A stretch of 62,984 bases of DNA, the filler included, from Octopus bimaculoides (Eukaryota), in the NCBI RefSeq assembly GCF_001194135.2. It is 7 parts of 7 records of this genome, joined end to end, with 100 filler letters (N's around TTAATTAATTAA, not from the genome) between each part and the next. Parts side by side here need not be neighbours in the genome. Positions count along the whole stretch, not along the records: positions 16,915 to 38,172 come from NC_068981.1; 6 more parts are not named here. One strand, 5' to 3'. The position numbers were made by a program, and so were the translations under genes. The notes below the pieces were generated by a model that did not search any database, was not told where the DNA came from, and saw only the letters and a program-made list of their open reading frames with translations. Positions 25,807-37,639 of this stretch are shown in pieces. Each line of letters starts with the position of its first letter. Position 1 is the first letter of the stretch.

Positions 25807-27559
25807 TTTATTGAAAAAGGCATAGCTACAGTTTAATACCCATCGATTTTGTTGCCTCATAAATTCCAGAAAGATGGATACTTTTTAACGAAACTTTCAC
25901 CAAATAATCGCTTATATCCTGTTGGTCGAGTGTATTTAAAGATTTGTTTGAAATTTTTTTCCGAGGGGTTAGGGAGAGGAGTTTCGGAAAATTCACAGGA
26001 CCCGACATTTTCCCCCTCGTAACTTTCTGGAAAATACGTATTTTTTAATGAAATTTTATACAAATACATTTCAAATGGTGTAGATTACTATTACAAAGAA
26101 ATTTGTGGGCAAAATTTTTGGAAGGGAACTGGGGTGAGGAATTTCNNNNNNNNNNNNNNNNNNNNNNNNNNNNNNNNNNNNNNNNNNNNNNNNNNNNNNN
26201 NNNNNNNNNNNNNNNNNNNNNNNNNNNNNNNNNNNNNNNNNNNNNNNNNNNNNNNNNNNNNNNNNNNNNNNNNNNNNNNNNNNNNNNNNNNNNNNNNNNN
26301 NNNNNNNNNNNNNNNNNNNNNNNNNNNNNNNNNNNNNNNNNNNNNNNNNNNNNNNNNNNNNNNNNNNNNNNNNNNNNNNNNNNNNNNNNNNNNNNNNNNN
26401 NNNNNNNNNNNNNNNNNNNNNNNNNNNNNNNNNNNNNNNNNNNNNNNNNNNNNNNNNNNNNNNNNNNNNNNNNNNNNNCACTCATCTATTGATATTTTTC
26501 AATATTTTTCTTCCCAGAAACAAATTTTATGGAATGATGATGTCAAAGTAACGCACGTGCAGTTCCAACCGAGCGAAGCAATGTTATGTGTGCGTGTGTA
26601 GTCAAATGTAACGCTTCTTTGTACATGTTATTTTGAATTGAATAATTCAAACCTGAATAGGTTCAAGAGAGATGTCCACAATATTTTCTTGTAACTTCGT
26701 AAATTTTTTACATACAGATTTGAAATTTTGTCAGTGGGTGCTTTATATACCACTGGTTTATTGTTATGTAATTTTAGCTGATCTTGCTGAGTAAATCTAA
26801 CTTTTATGGACAGGTAAATTTAATTAACAAGTGTAAAAGCAATAACATTATGGATAAACACCAAAACTGAAATTCTTAATACATCTTACCTGTCTGATTT
26901 GTTATTAAAATTATCCCAGATGGTAACCGACAAAAATTTTACCAATTTTCAAGATGAGGTACATTAACTTTAATTAATTAAAATACAGGTATAATCAGTA
27001 CAAGATTTTATTCTTTTGATAAATATTTCGTACCTCAGTGTGGAATAGTTTTTTCCACAGTTTTTTCGAGTGCATTCAACATATCTAACCTCCAAACCTG
27101 CCGCAAGCCACTTTTTTTTCCAGAAAAGAAAGGCGGAAGGGGTGGTGGGGACCTCGAAGTTTCCTATGAAGAGAGTTTTGTTTCACGGGTCTTTTTTTCT
27201 TTTCTAGGTTATTTTGCATGCTTTCAACAAATGTGACATCGAAATCATCCATAAACGGCTCCTTTTTCAAGAAAAGGAAAGATTTAGCTGCTATTTCTAG
27301 CATGCCCTACTACCACGTGACGGCTATTTGCATTCACCTACTTTTCTCCTTCCATTTATTTTTTCCACTTTATGGAAGTTATATTTTCTTTGTTGACATC
27401 CACCTCAGTTAATTTTGCTTTTCTCCCAGTTCTGTGCTTTCTGGAAGAAAAGCCCTCACATTATCTCAAAGCTACGAGATTCACTAACGTGATTTGTTTA
27501 GTTATTTAAAAGATTTCGTAGAGGAATTAGATGCAATGGGCTTTGGCTGGTTTAAACAC

Positions 27560-28044
27560 TAAAGGGTTAAAAAGTGCCAAAACTATAAAATCAGCTTTTT
27601 GGGCTTTTTGAGGGCTTTAAAGCCCAAAAACTATAGCTTTTTTTATGCTTAGAGTTAAAAACGCCGATTTTATAGTTTTAGATTTCAAATGACCTAAAAC
27701 AGGCTGATTTCATAGTTTTAGCCCTTTTATAGGTTTTTAAAGGCTTTAGAGTCAGAAAAGGATAAAAAAAAATCAAATGAAACACAATGTTAGTATTAAA
27801 CTAAAAGAAGTTTATTAATAAAGTGGCCATAAAAAAATTAAAAAACATGTTATATACATCATTTAATCTTTCCACTTCTCCATTTTGTTGATAAGATTCA
27901 TGTTGTCCTTCATGAAAGTTAACATACTAAAATTTTCATCAGACGAGGACAATCTCTTGGCACTCAAGATATCCTTGCCCATGGAAAATAAACATTCAAT
28001 TGCAGCACTGGAAGGGAGGGTTGTGTTGAACTTGATGAACAAGA
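27560..28044 (-). mobile_element. hAT transposase C-terminal dimerisation domain relic plus 3' subterminal repeats
   Basis: LFIKFNTTLPSSAAIECLFSMGKDILSAKRLSSSDENFSMLTFMKDN matches the hATC consensus (P.SSA..ER.FS....L...R..L....F..L.F). Repeated aaaactata/tatagtttt motifs lie at 27560-27760. Confidence 0.8.
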
Positions 28045-28800
28045 GGAAAACCATTATCTATAGAACATTATCAACGGCAACAAAAAAAGATAGAGATGGC
28101 ATCCAGGGATGCCATCGAAAAATGTTTACGCCAAATATGGAACGAAACAAAGTTCATAAACAGATGGAAGTGTTTCGATACGGTAGAGATTTGCGTCCGA
28201 AAAGGAAGCAATGAAACACTCGACCACACCTCTATAGTCAGTAAAGCTGGTAATACTGCCGACTTACCTAGGTAGACGCACCTCCAAAATTAGAATTGGG
28301 GAGGTCACACCAGAGATGAAGGAGATGTGGTTGATAGCAGCCATAATGTCAAACATGAACGAGGAAGTACACATACTTAAAGCGACCAGAACACAACAGC
28401 AGAACTGGTCGGGCTATGACCTGGAAGTAACAATTCAGGCCACCCGAAGGGAGCTGGAACAAATTACAGATCTAATCATCCTGCCCGATGAAACAAAATG
28501 AAGAGTTATAGTAGGGGGAAAATGCTCAAGATGCTACAAATGTGGGGGAAAAGGCCACATAAAGGCTATGTGCCCACAGGTTTTGAAACTGGTGGCATAC
28601 CCTACACCCAGCTTAACCATACAATCAGTTGAACCAAAGGGCATTAAATCATACAAACCCAGCAACCTACCAATGACCGATAGGCCGAAGGAGGGGAAGC
28701 CGACCAACAATACAACTAACCCAATGCAGAACAATATCCCAAAAGAAAAGAAGGCAACCGAAACCACATCAAAACAGCCCGAATTAGGAATTCAGTGAGT
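28044..28800 (+). mobile_element. Decayed retrotransposon ORF1/gag-like fragment with zinc knuckle
   Basis: Frameshifted reading RKTIIYRTLSTATKKIEMASRDAIEKCLRQIW...EVTPEMKEMWL...CYKCGGKGHIKAMC (CX2CX4HX4C). Confidence 0.65.
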
Positions 28801-29586
28801 GAAGAGAGAACTATGAAAGATACCCACATCGAACTATCACCAATTGAAAGCATCGACGGGGAGGAGCCGGTCAGAAAAATAAGGGATACAAAAGGTAGCT
28901 TCCTAAAAAGTCTACCAACTGCAAATCAAGAACAGTAATCACAAAGCACACAGACAACTTAAACAAAGACAACCAACAATACGATGTCACACATTTCTCA
29001 CACAAGACGCAAACAACCTACTCGTTTGTTACTTGCAATCCATTCACAGAACATTTCACCAGCATCATCACCTAGTAAAACGTACACCATTCCCAGTCCA
29101 GTCCCTCCAGACACCCAGAAACTCCACACACAGATACACTTGCTGACATACAAGAGACGCAAACTCCCCCAATCCCCTCCCCAAAAACAGCCTTCATAGT
29201 GACTTATAGGGCAGGAAATGCAGCACTGAAAAAAAGAATAACAAAACAAAAGTCAATCACAAAGGTGAAACTACTCAGTGGGGATTTTCCTCCAGATATG
29301 AGATGTACTCTCGTAGATAAAGAGAAACACCAGAAACTGACAGAGACATTTGGGTCGGATGTGAACCCGTTGGGACTGGAAGTGGTGATTTGAACCACAG
29401 TGATTTGAACTTTTATGTTTGCCTGTCTTTGTGCCGACCCCTCTGTGTTGGGCCTTTATGGCTAGAATACAATCATTTCGCAATTTCTCCTCCGTTCTTG
29501 TTGGAATTTGTCGTAATTGGTTATTACTGCTTGTTTCTTAAAAGTTTACTGTTTTGTAAGTTTTTTTTAAAACACTTTGTTTTTTT

Positions 29587-30130
29587 ATGCTTTACAGCAG
29601 ACTTGTTGATGTTTTCCCTCCTAGTTTTAAAGGAGGAAACAGTGTATTTTACTATGATGATATAAGTTCGTCCGACAGAAACTCGTCGGAGGAAGAACTG
29701 TTGTGTTATATTAACAACATAGTAAAAGGACCGTCTAAACGTGAAAAAGAAAATTTTAAGAATTGTGAACCTATCAACATGGATAAAAAAGTAAAAAGTT
29801 TTGCAGCTTTGGCTGGTGTTTCCCAGGAAGAGGTCAATTTCGAAAGGCGAGAGCTGGAGAAGTACAGAGGCTTAATGAAAAAGGAGGAGCATGAAGTTAA
29901 AGTGACCCCTCTTAACAAAGTTACACGAAGTATAGAAAGAAAGACGATTATTTTCAAAACGTTTGACATCAAACAAAAGAAAATAGAAGTGGTTTCAAGG
30001 GAACAGGTAGAAAGGTGCTTGAATCCCATTTGGCACAACATTACGTATCTGGCCAGGGGAAGGACATATGCAACGGTGCAGGTGCGGTTTATAATCGAAG
30101 AGAAAGCCAGGCAACACTCGATGTCCTCCC
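29587..30130 (+). mobile_element. Second, diverged ORF1-like fragment (N-terminal part)
   Basis: RKTIIFKTFDIKQKKIEVVSREQVERCLNPIW aligns by eye with the 28044 fragment. Confidence 0.55.
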
Positions 30131-30350
30131 TAGTTAGAGATAGGCACTTCTTTACACAGTTTCCCTCGTACATACGCATCACATAGTCATACCAGCGCAA
30201 TTGTCTCTCTTGCACACATCTGATACCTCTAATGCACAACTTTTCTCTCAAGATTCATACTCTCTGTCGTACGCATTAGAGGTATCAGACTGGCATTGCA
30301 CATCCAGCAACGCATACTGGCTTCATTTCTTTCAAGCCTACGTGTGTCCT
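30110..30350 (-). mobile_element. RTE-clade LINE RT C-terminal fragment
   Basis: RRLERNEASM..WMCN and REKLCIRGIRC.QERQLRWY..VMRM...CVKKC are typical of the RTE post-RT region. Confidence 0.7.
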
Positions 30351-30439
30351 CGTAATTCTCCCTACATATATATGTGTGTGTGTGTGTGTGTGAATAAAAA
30401 TAAATATAAAAAATAAAAAATATAAAAAAATATATACAA

Positions 30440-32169
30440 AAAAGGGTTTTGTATGATCGTGTATAGGGGAATATATTATTTAAAAGAGTTCCAACTCTGT
30501 CTGTTTTTTATGTTTTATTTATATTGTTATAAAATTAATGTGGGATATAGAATATGGAATATATAATATAAATGGCAAAATGAAATGAAGTATTGAATGT
30601 CTTATTGAATATATGAAATATTGAGTATTAAATATAGAGAATTAAATATATAAAGGCCAGTACGTACTTTCATGCCTATTGGCATTCATCAGGCCTCGTC
30701 TGACAGACTGTAACAGTCTGTAACAGACTGGCTGTTCTTTTGTCTTTTATACCTATTCCTTTGGACAGCAACAGTAGGTGTTTGGCTATTTTTAGAAATG
30801 ATGACATTTGAGAGATTTTTTGTGTTTTANNNNNNNNNNNNNNNNNNNNNNNNNNNNNNNNNNNNNNNNNNNNNNNNNNNNNNNNNNNNNNNNNNNNNNN
30901 NNNNNNNNNNNNNNNNNNNNNNNNNNNNNNNNNNNNNNNNNNNNNNNNNNNNNNNNNNNNNNNNNNNNNNNNNNNNNNNNNNNNNNNNNNNNNNNNNNNN
31001 NNNNNNNNNNNNNNNNNNNNNNNNNNNNNNNNNNNNNNNNNNNNNNNNNNNNNNNNNNNNNNNNNNNNNNNNNNNNNNNNNNNNNNNNNNNNNNNNNNNN
31101 NNNNNNNNNNNNNNNNNNNNNNNNNNNNNNNNNNNNNNNNNNNNNNNNNNNNNNNNNNNNNNNNNNNNNNNNNNNNNNNNNNNNNNNNNNNNNNNNNNNN
31201 NNNNNNNNNNNNNNNNNNNNNNNNNNNNNNNNNNNNNNNNNNNNNNNNNNNNNNNNNNNNNNNACCGCATCGGCTATCATTGCATTTGGACACACTGAAT
31301 GTTTGATTTTTGTTGCTGAGGTCAAACCTTGCCTTTGTTAATAGCTTTTTCAAGTTTTTAGGTTGTCTCTTACTGAGAGTTATACTTTGATCTGTAATGA
31401 TATTTCTCAATTCCTTACTTTGTGCAAGGATCGGTAAGTTCGCTTTAGCGATATTGAAGATGTTCTGGTGGCATGGATTTTGTGTCACTATAAATGGTAT
31501 GATTTTTTTCCTGTTTTTCTCTTCTTTGCGGTGTCCTCAGTTGTTGTATGGGTATTTTCGAAGCTCGCTGAATACCATTTTCTATAAGTAGTGACGGGTA
31601 CCTTTGCTTGAGCAGAAATTCTTTCAGTTCCATCTGGCGCTGATTTCTGGTTTTTAGATCCTCTACAATAGTACAGATTCTTCTGACTAAGCAGTATGGG
31701 ATGTTGCGTTTTGTATGGGGAGGGTGGCACGATTTAAAATTCAGGTATTGGTGTGTATCTGTGTGTTTATAATATATATCTGTGGTAATGGCGGTGTTCT
31801 TTTTAACTACCATTATATCTAGAAATGGTAATTTGGTGCTGCTCATCTCCTTTGTAAATTCGATGGATGGGTGTAGGTTGTTCAGGAGGATGTTGAATTC
31901 TTCCACAGTGTTTTGAGATTTTGTCCAGATTATAAAGCAATCGTCAATGTATCTCTTCCATGCTTTTTCAATAAACTTCCTAAACTCAGTGTTGTATCTC
32001 TCTTCTATTTCCTGGTAGAGTTTTTGTTCTAAGTAACCCATCACCGAATTCGCATAAACGGGAGTAAACCTCGTTCCCATAGCCGTGTCTTTAATTTGGA
32101 TAAAGTTCTTTCCATTGAAGAAGAAAGTATTATTTTCCAGGATAAGTCTCACTGAGTCTAATATAAATG
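30440..32169 (-). mobile_element. 5'-truncated Penelope-like element (RT, linker, gap, 3' pseudo-LTR)
   Basis: ORF 31445-32152 has Q..DTAMGT, WKRYIDDCF and YYKHTDTHQYLNFKSCHPPHTK (PLE RT). The Cys linker SKCNDSRCG lies before the N gap that presumably hides GIY-YIG. The 3' region ~30440-30826 is repeated at 32171-32906 and 46600-46936. Confidence 0.88.
30654..30696 (-). ncRNA. Hammerhead copy with non-cleavable CUG triplet
   Basis: Same fold as 32278-32322, but H17 is G (position 30658). Confidence 0.7.
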
Positions 32170-32277
32170 TCTCTTAAATGTCATCATTTCTAAAAATAGC
32201 CAAACACCTACTGCTGCTGTCCAAATGAATAGGTATAAAAGACAAAAGAACAGCCAATCGGTTACAGTCTGTCAGAC

Positions 32278-32322
32278 GAGGCCTGATGAATGCCAATAGG
32301 CATGAAAGTACGTACTAGCCTT
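32278..32322 (+). ncRNA. Type I minimal hammerhead ribozyme, intact core
   Basis: aggc-CTGATGA-atgcc-aata-ggcat-GAAA-gtacgtac-TA-gcct. Stem I aggc/gcct, stem II atgcc/ggcat, palindromic stem III AGTACGTACT, cleavage triplet CUA (cut after 32317). Confidence 0.8.
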
Positions 32323-32423
32323 TATATATTTAATTCTCTATATTTAATACTCAGTATTTCATATATTCAATAAGACATTCAATATTTCATTTCATTTTAC
32401 CATTTATATTATATTATATATTC

Positions 32424-32840
32424 TGTAGTGGCGCGAAATTATAGCCGCCATTGAGAAAGTACTATTCTGCACATGTGCAGGGGACTTCACAACCGGAAGC
32501 CCCTCGAGTTGCGCATGCGTAGTAAAACTCGTACTTAAGCAGTTACTTTCATTATCTGTGTGAGTTGAGCTCAGACCTTCTACATAACACCTCGCTCCTC
32601 CACGAAGCACTTTTACACTGTTCTCTGGCAGGCATCAAGGAAGATCTTAACCTTCCATTACCGACTACAACTTAACCAGCGGCTGCTAAGCTGAATGACA
32701 GGAATTGTATAACCAAGTATCATCATAAATAAACCTTTTTATTATATTGTTAATTGTTCTGATGTCTCTTCATTTATAATGCTGTTAAAAGGTGATAGAG
32801 AGAGACTAAAGTCTGTATGACAACTATCATACTTATTACA
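32424..32840 (+). mobile_element. Solo LTR (Gypsy-like), 417 bp
   Basis: TGTAGT...ATTACA termini, 4-bp TSD ATTC (32420-32423 / 32841-32844), internal AATAAA. It cleanly interrupts the PLE pLTR. Confidence 0.85.
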
Positions 32841-33229
32841 ATTCCATATTCTATATCCCACATTAATTTTATAAGAATATAAATAAAACACAAAAAACAG
32901 ACAGAGNNNNNNNNNNNNNNNNNNNNNNNNNNNNNNNNNNNNNNNNNNNNNNNNNNNNNNNNNNNNNNNNNNNNNNNNNNNNNNNNNNNNNNNNNNNNNN
33001 NNNNNNNNNNNNNNNNNNNNNNNNNNNNNNNNNNNNNNNNNNNNNNNNNNNNNNNNNNNNNNNNNNNNNNNNNNNNNNNNNNNNNNNNNNNNNNNNNNNN
33101 NNNNNNNNNNNNNNNNNNNNNNNNNNNNNNNNNNNNNNNNNNNNNNNNNNNNNNNNNNNNNNNNNNNNNNNNNNNNNNNNNNNNNNNNNNNNNNNNNNNN
33201 NNNNNNNNNNNNNNNNNNNNNNNNNNNAT

Positions 33230-34112
33230 TAAACGCGTCACACGGTCGAACACAAAATTATATCAAATGATATAAATGTTATACTTCGATAACATAAAGA
33301 TTTCGTAAATGCCAGTAAGATACAAGATAGAACACAACCGATAAAGATGAATAACAGTAATATTTATTGTAGCATTAAAATGTATGTCTGTGTGTGAGTG
33401 TGAATGCGACATAATAAAAGCACAATAAAAGACAGGCCGTCGTGTAAAGAAAAGAGTGTGTAAGTGATACATGTATGTGTATGCGTGAGATACAGCAGAT
33501 AGAAAAAGAGTCAGTAATACATAAGAATTTGCCAGTTCTTAGAGTACACAATAGTAAGAGTCTGTATGTAAGAAGTTGAGGCGTGTGGGGCAGTGCGATC
33601 ACTCGTCGTGATGTTAGGGCTTCCATGCCGAGCTGGGTTCTTGTATACAGATGTTCTTCGCAGGCTGGGCTCTTGTCAATTATTTATCGTGGTGAAGATG
33701 AATCACACAAACAGAATCGAAGAGAGAAGTGCTGCGGTAGTTTGGTTAGCTGGTGTACGTAGAAATCATGTTGGCGATGCTGGTAGTCGTAGTTGGAGAT
33801 GCTGTTGACGTTGTCGCTGGAACTGCTGCTGCTGCTCTGTGTGGTACACGGAACAGGTCTCTAAGAGATCTGAACCGCGACGAATTTGCCGGGTATAATT
33901 TAGTCTATTTAAAGCAAAATAGGGGCTCCAGAGAGGCATTAGAAAAACACTATCATGTGACCTTATTAAGGGCTGTGATTGGTCAGTTTGCGTTCTGGCG
34001 GGAACGGTACGAAGCAGTTGCTGCTTCAAATAATAGTCATGTGATGGATACAGCAGGCTGCTCTCTACTACGCCCGCGCTTGTTTATATATAATGGCGAT
34101 AGTAGTTTCACT

Positions 34113-34115
<3 letters not shown>
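33230..34115 (-). mobile_element. Probable LTR of a related family (right boundary clear, left unresolved)
   Basis: Minus strand begins TGTAGTGAAACTACTATCGCCATT, like the two solo LTRs. CCAAT and TATA-like motifs are present. No TSD was found. Confidence 0.4.
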
Positions 34116-34157
<42 letters not shown>

Positions 34158-34470
34158 NNNNNNNNNNNNNNNNNNNNNNNNNNNNNNNNNNNNNNNNNNN
34201 NNNNNNNNNNNNNNNNNNNNNNNNNNNNNNNNNNNNNNNNNNNNNNNNNNNNNNNNNNNNNNNNNNNNNNNNNNNNNNNNNNNNNNNNNNNNNNNNNNNN
34301 NNNNNNNNNNNNNNNNNNNNNNNNNNNNNNNNNNNNNNNNNNNNNNNNNNNNNNNNNNNNNNNNNNNNNNNNNNNNNNAGTAAAAGAATAAAAGAATATC
34401 ATCAGTAGTTCTTATATCCCAAAACGATGCACACTCTAAAACATTCTGACCAGCCATAACAACCTTCTAA

Positions 34471-34515
<45 letters not shown>

Positions 34516-34539
34516 CACATACCTGTGCACACACACATA

Positions 34540-35420
34540 CTGATCTGTATAGAAGAGGTTGTTGATCGAAGCACTTTCCTTTGCTGAAGGCTTCACAAAC
34601 ATTAGTGATAGAGACATAGATGCTATCATGCATGCCAGGAAGACAGTGCTGTTCAATAAAGATTTGATGCGTGTCGAGCAATCTGACCCGAGGATTCCTT
34701 TGATGTGGCAATGAGAGCCTATGATGTGCTGACGTATGTGGTCTTATTGGGCTACATTTCCTGGGCACCTTAGGAAAGAAATTCCCTTTGGTCCTCTTCA
34801 GTCTCCACAGGGGCACACACTTGATAGGCTTAGAAAGGACCTGATTTGAGCCCTAGGCTTCATGAGACTCAAAATTACTATCAAGATGAATCTCCCCACC
34901 ATAGACTTCTTAGATGTCACTCTAGACACACAGGCCCTATTACAAGCCAAATGAGAGACTGTCCTATATTAATACAGCCTCTTGCCACTCACCTATTGTG
35001 TTCAAGAACCTAGTGAATGGTGTCAGCAAGAGGATCTTGAATCTATCCTCCAGTCAAGATATCTTTGACGATGGCAACCTCTATTACAATGAGGCACTAG
35101 CATCCAGCGGGTTTAAGGACTGCGTCTCCTACATGTCAGGCCCTAGCACCCACAAAAGGAAGTGCTGCCAAAAAGTCATTTGGTTTGCCCCACCCTTCTC
35201 ACTCAACGTCAAGACCTGTGACACACAGATACGGATACTTATTCAACAGGCATAACCTAAGGGTTTCCTTTAGTTGTGCACCCAACATGAAAAGTATATT
35301 AGCTAACACCCATAAAACATAGGAGGAGGCAAGTTGCTCTTGCAGAGTGTACAATTACTGTCTAGTGAGAGGCCAATGCAATGCTGAAGGAGTCATCTAT
35401 GAGGCTGTGGTGATACCCAG
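34540..35420 (+). mobile_element. Decayed Penelope-like RT/linker (second lineage)
   Basis: Across frameshifts: HARKTVLFNK..SFDVAM.AYD, IDFLDVTLD, YKPNERLSYINTASCH, VIWFAPPFSLNVKT, FSCAPNMKSI, CSCR..YCLVRGQC..GVIYEA. Confidence 0.75.
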
Positions 35421-35639
35421 ACCTAACGACCACAGTAATAGCAGCAATGGATCATCCAACATTATTATGGTTTACTTATTTGAATATATATTTTCTTAAG
35501 AAGAAATTTTTGTTCATGTTGTGTATGATGATATTTACGAGTGAATGGCTTCACAAGTAGAAAAATAAGGGGAGGTAATTGGTTAACGTTATTGTTGTGG
35601 TGGTGGGCAAAGGAGATAACTGTTCAGTTTTCGGTAAGG

Positions 35640-36744
35640 GGACAAAAATCAATATACTAGCCAAAGGTATAAAGTTTACTCCGACCCCACGAAGATCTAA
35701 CCATAATGAAATTAAAGACAATATTTCGGAATTCTGCAGAAAACTACGAATCGCAGAAGCACTAACTGGCTACAACAACGAAGATGAATCACAAGTCAAA
35801 AACAGAAGTAATTACCTTCTACATAAGGGTAGGAATAAAACACTTGATGACTTCTGCGACCATATCCAAAATTTCCCTTACACATCCCATAAACGGAAAA
35901 TTAATTCGAACCTCAACAATCTAGAATGGAAAAATCTTATCGAACTACAATACGACAAAGACTTGACAATTAAAGAAGACAAAGGAAGTACTGTAGTTTT
36001 GATGGACACAGAACACTATAAAAACCTAGTATTATCCATACTAGAAAACGAATCCTTCTACGAATAAGTTACAAACTATAAACAACAAAAAACAATGAAA
36101 ATCTTGCATCCTTAATTCTTCTATATGGAAAAGGCTCGACAGAAAAAGAAACAGACTACATCACGAACTTTAAATGCAAACCCAGTCTTTTTTACGGCCT
36201 TCCTAAAATACACCTGAGCAAGATAATCAATGAAGTCTGCAAACAAACACCAGGCAAATACATAAATATCTAAATGCCAGAAGACTTAACTTTAAGGCCC
36301 ACTGTAGCTAGGCCAGCCTGTGAAACCCACCACCTAAGCAGTTTTCTAGACATCCTACTAAAACTTTTGCTGAAATACAGCAAAAGTTTCATTAGAGACG
36401 ATTTAGACATGCTAGAACACCTACCAAAAACAATTAATGAAGAGGCAATATCGGTTCCCCTCGATGTTATCAATCTTTACACCAACATCCCACATGATTA
36501 TGGAATAAAATCAAATAAATTCTGGTTGGAAAAGTACCCCGAAGTACTCACGGAATGCACAAACCAGATCTTTATTATCGGATCTTTAAAATTTATACTT
36601 CAGAACAATTATTTTCTATTTGATGATACATACTATCGTCAGAAATGCGGAACGAAAGCATCCCTTGTTCTTGCAATCCTAATAATGGGTTATTTTGAAT
36701 TCACCTTATATGAAGTATCACTTCAGAAATATGATTACCCATAG
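35640..36744 (+). mobile_element. Decayed Penelope-like RT (N-terminal half)
   Basis: KGIKFTPTP, KEDKGSTVVLMD, FYGLPKIH, LRPTVA, LDVINLYTNIPH, LQNNYFLFDDTYYRQ. Confidence 0.85.
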
Positions 36745-36994
36745 CCTTTGCTGATTTATTTTCCTCCTATCTCGCGCGATTTTTATTCCTTATTTCCTCC
36801 TGCTGGTCCTCGCGCAATCGTTCTTTCCTTCTACGCTGACACTTACGTGCTGCGTCTCTCATGCGATTATCCATATTTTAAAACTTGCTAAAAAAACAAT
36901 AAATCTCCAAAATTATTCACAGTGTTTCAACTGAAAAACATATACGAATGTATTAGTGTTTATTTCCACAATGCGACACTTATTGCAAACATGT

Positions 36995-37443
36995 TGTAGT
37001 GGCGGTTAATATCAGTCGCCATTTCTGGAGAGTTTATCCACGCATGCGCAGGGACTAGTCTTCCGGAAGGAATACAGGAAGAGTCTCATGCGCATGCGTA
37101 GTCATCCAATATCCAAGTGTTCCCGCGTATTTCTACCTCTTTTGCTCGCTGAACTTCGTGGAAGCTAGACGTCACAATAGCAGCTCTCCGACAACTCTAC
37201 AATAGAGCCACATAGATAACCAGAGAGGAGAAAAATGACTTCTAACCACGCAACTTCATTGACGGCGTCTCATCTAACCAAAAGGCGACGAGCTACCGAA
37301 TTCCCTCCTAGTGTGAGCAGAATTCTACTGTAATAAAATATTTGTTGTGTTGTTAGTTTAGAGTCTGCGTTCCGTTTTCTTCCTTAAGAAATTTAATGTA
37401 CGGAATTGGGATACACCTAATGGTGTATAACCACTTCCCTACA
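36995..37443 (+). mobile_element. Solo LTR (Gypsy-like), 449 bp
   Basis: TGTAGTGGCG...CCCTACA termini, TSD ATGT (36991-36994 / 37444-37447), internal AATAAA. Confidence 0.85.
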
Positions 37444-37639
37444 ATGTTTTAACTAACTTAAACTATACACACACACATAAATACATTCATATATATATAT
37501 CTCTCTCTCTATATATATATAAAACACATCCGAGCATGGGGTGTAACCACCCCACTTATGAGTACCCCTCAATCATTGGACAATAAACTTTGCTTGCGAA
37601 GACTTATTGAGGCAAGTGAAATCAAATCAAAATCGCTGA

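Larger units (their letters stand above)
32171..32906 (+). repeat. Inverted copy of the PLE pseudo-LTR at the 5' truncation point, interrupted by a solo LTR
   Basis: 32171-32423 is the reverse complement of ~30555-30815, and 32841-32906 continues the match to ~30498-30562. Confidence 0.85.
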
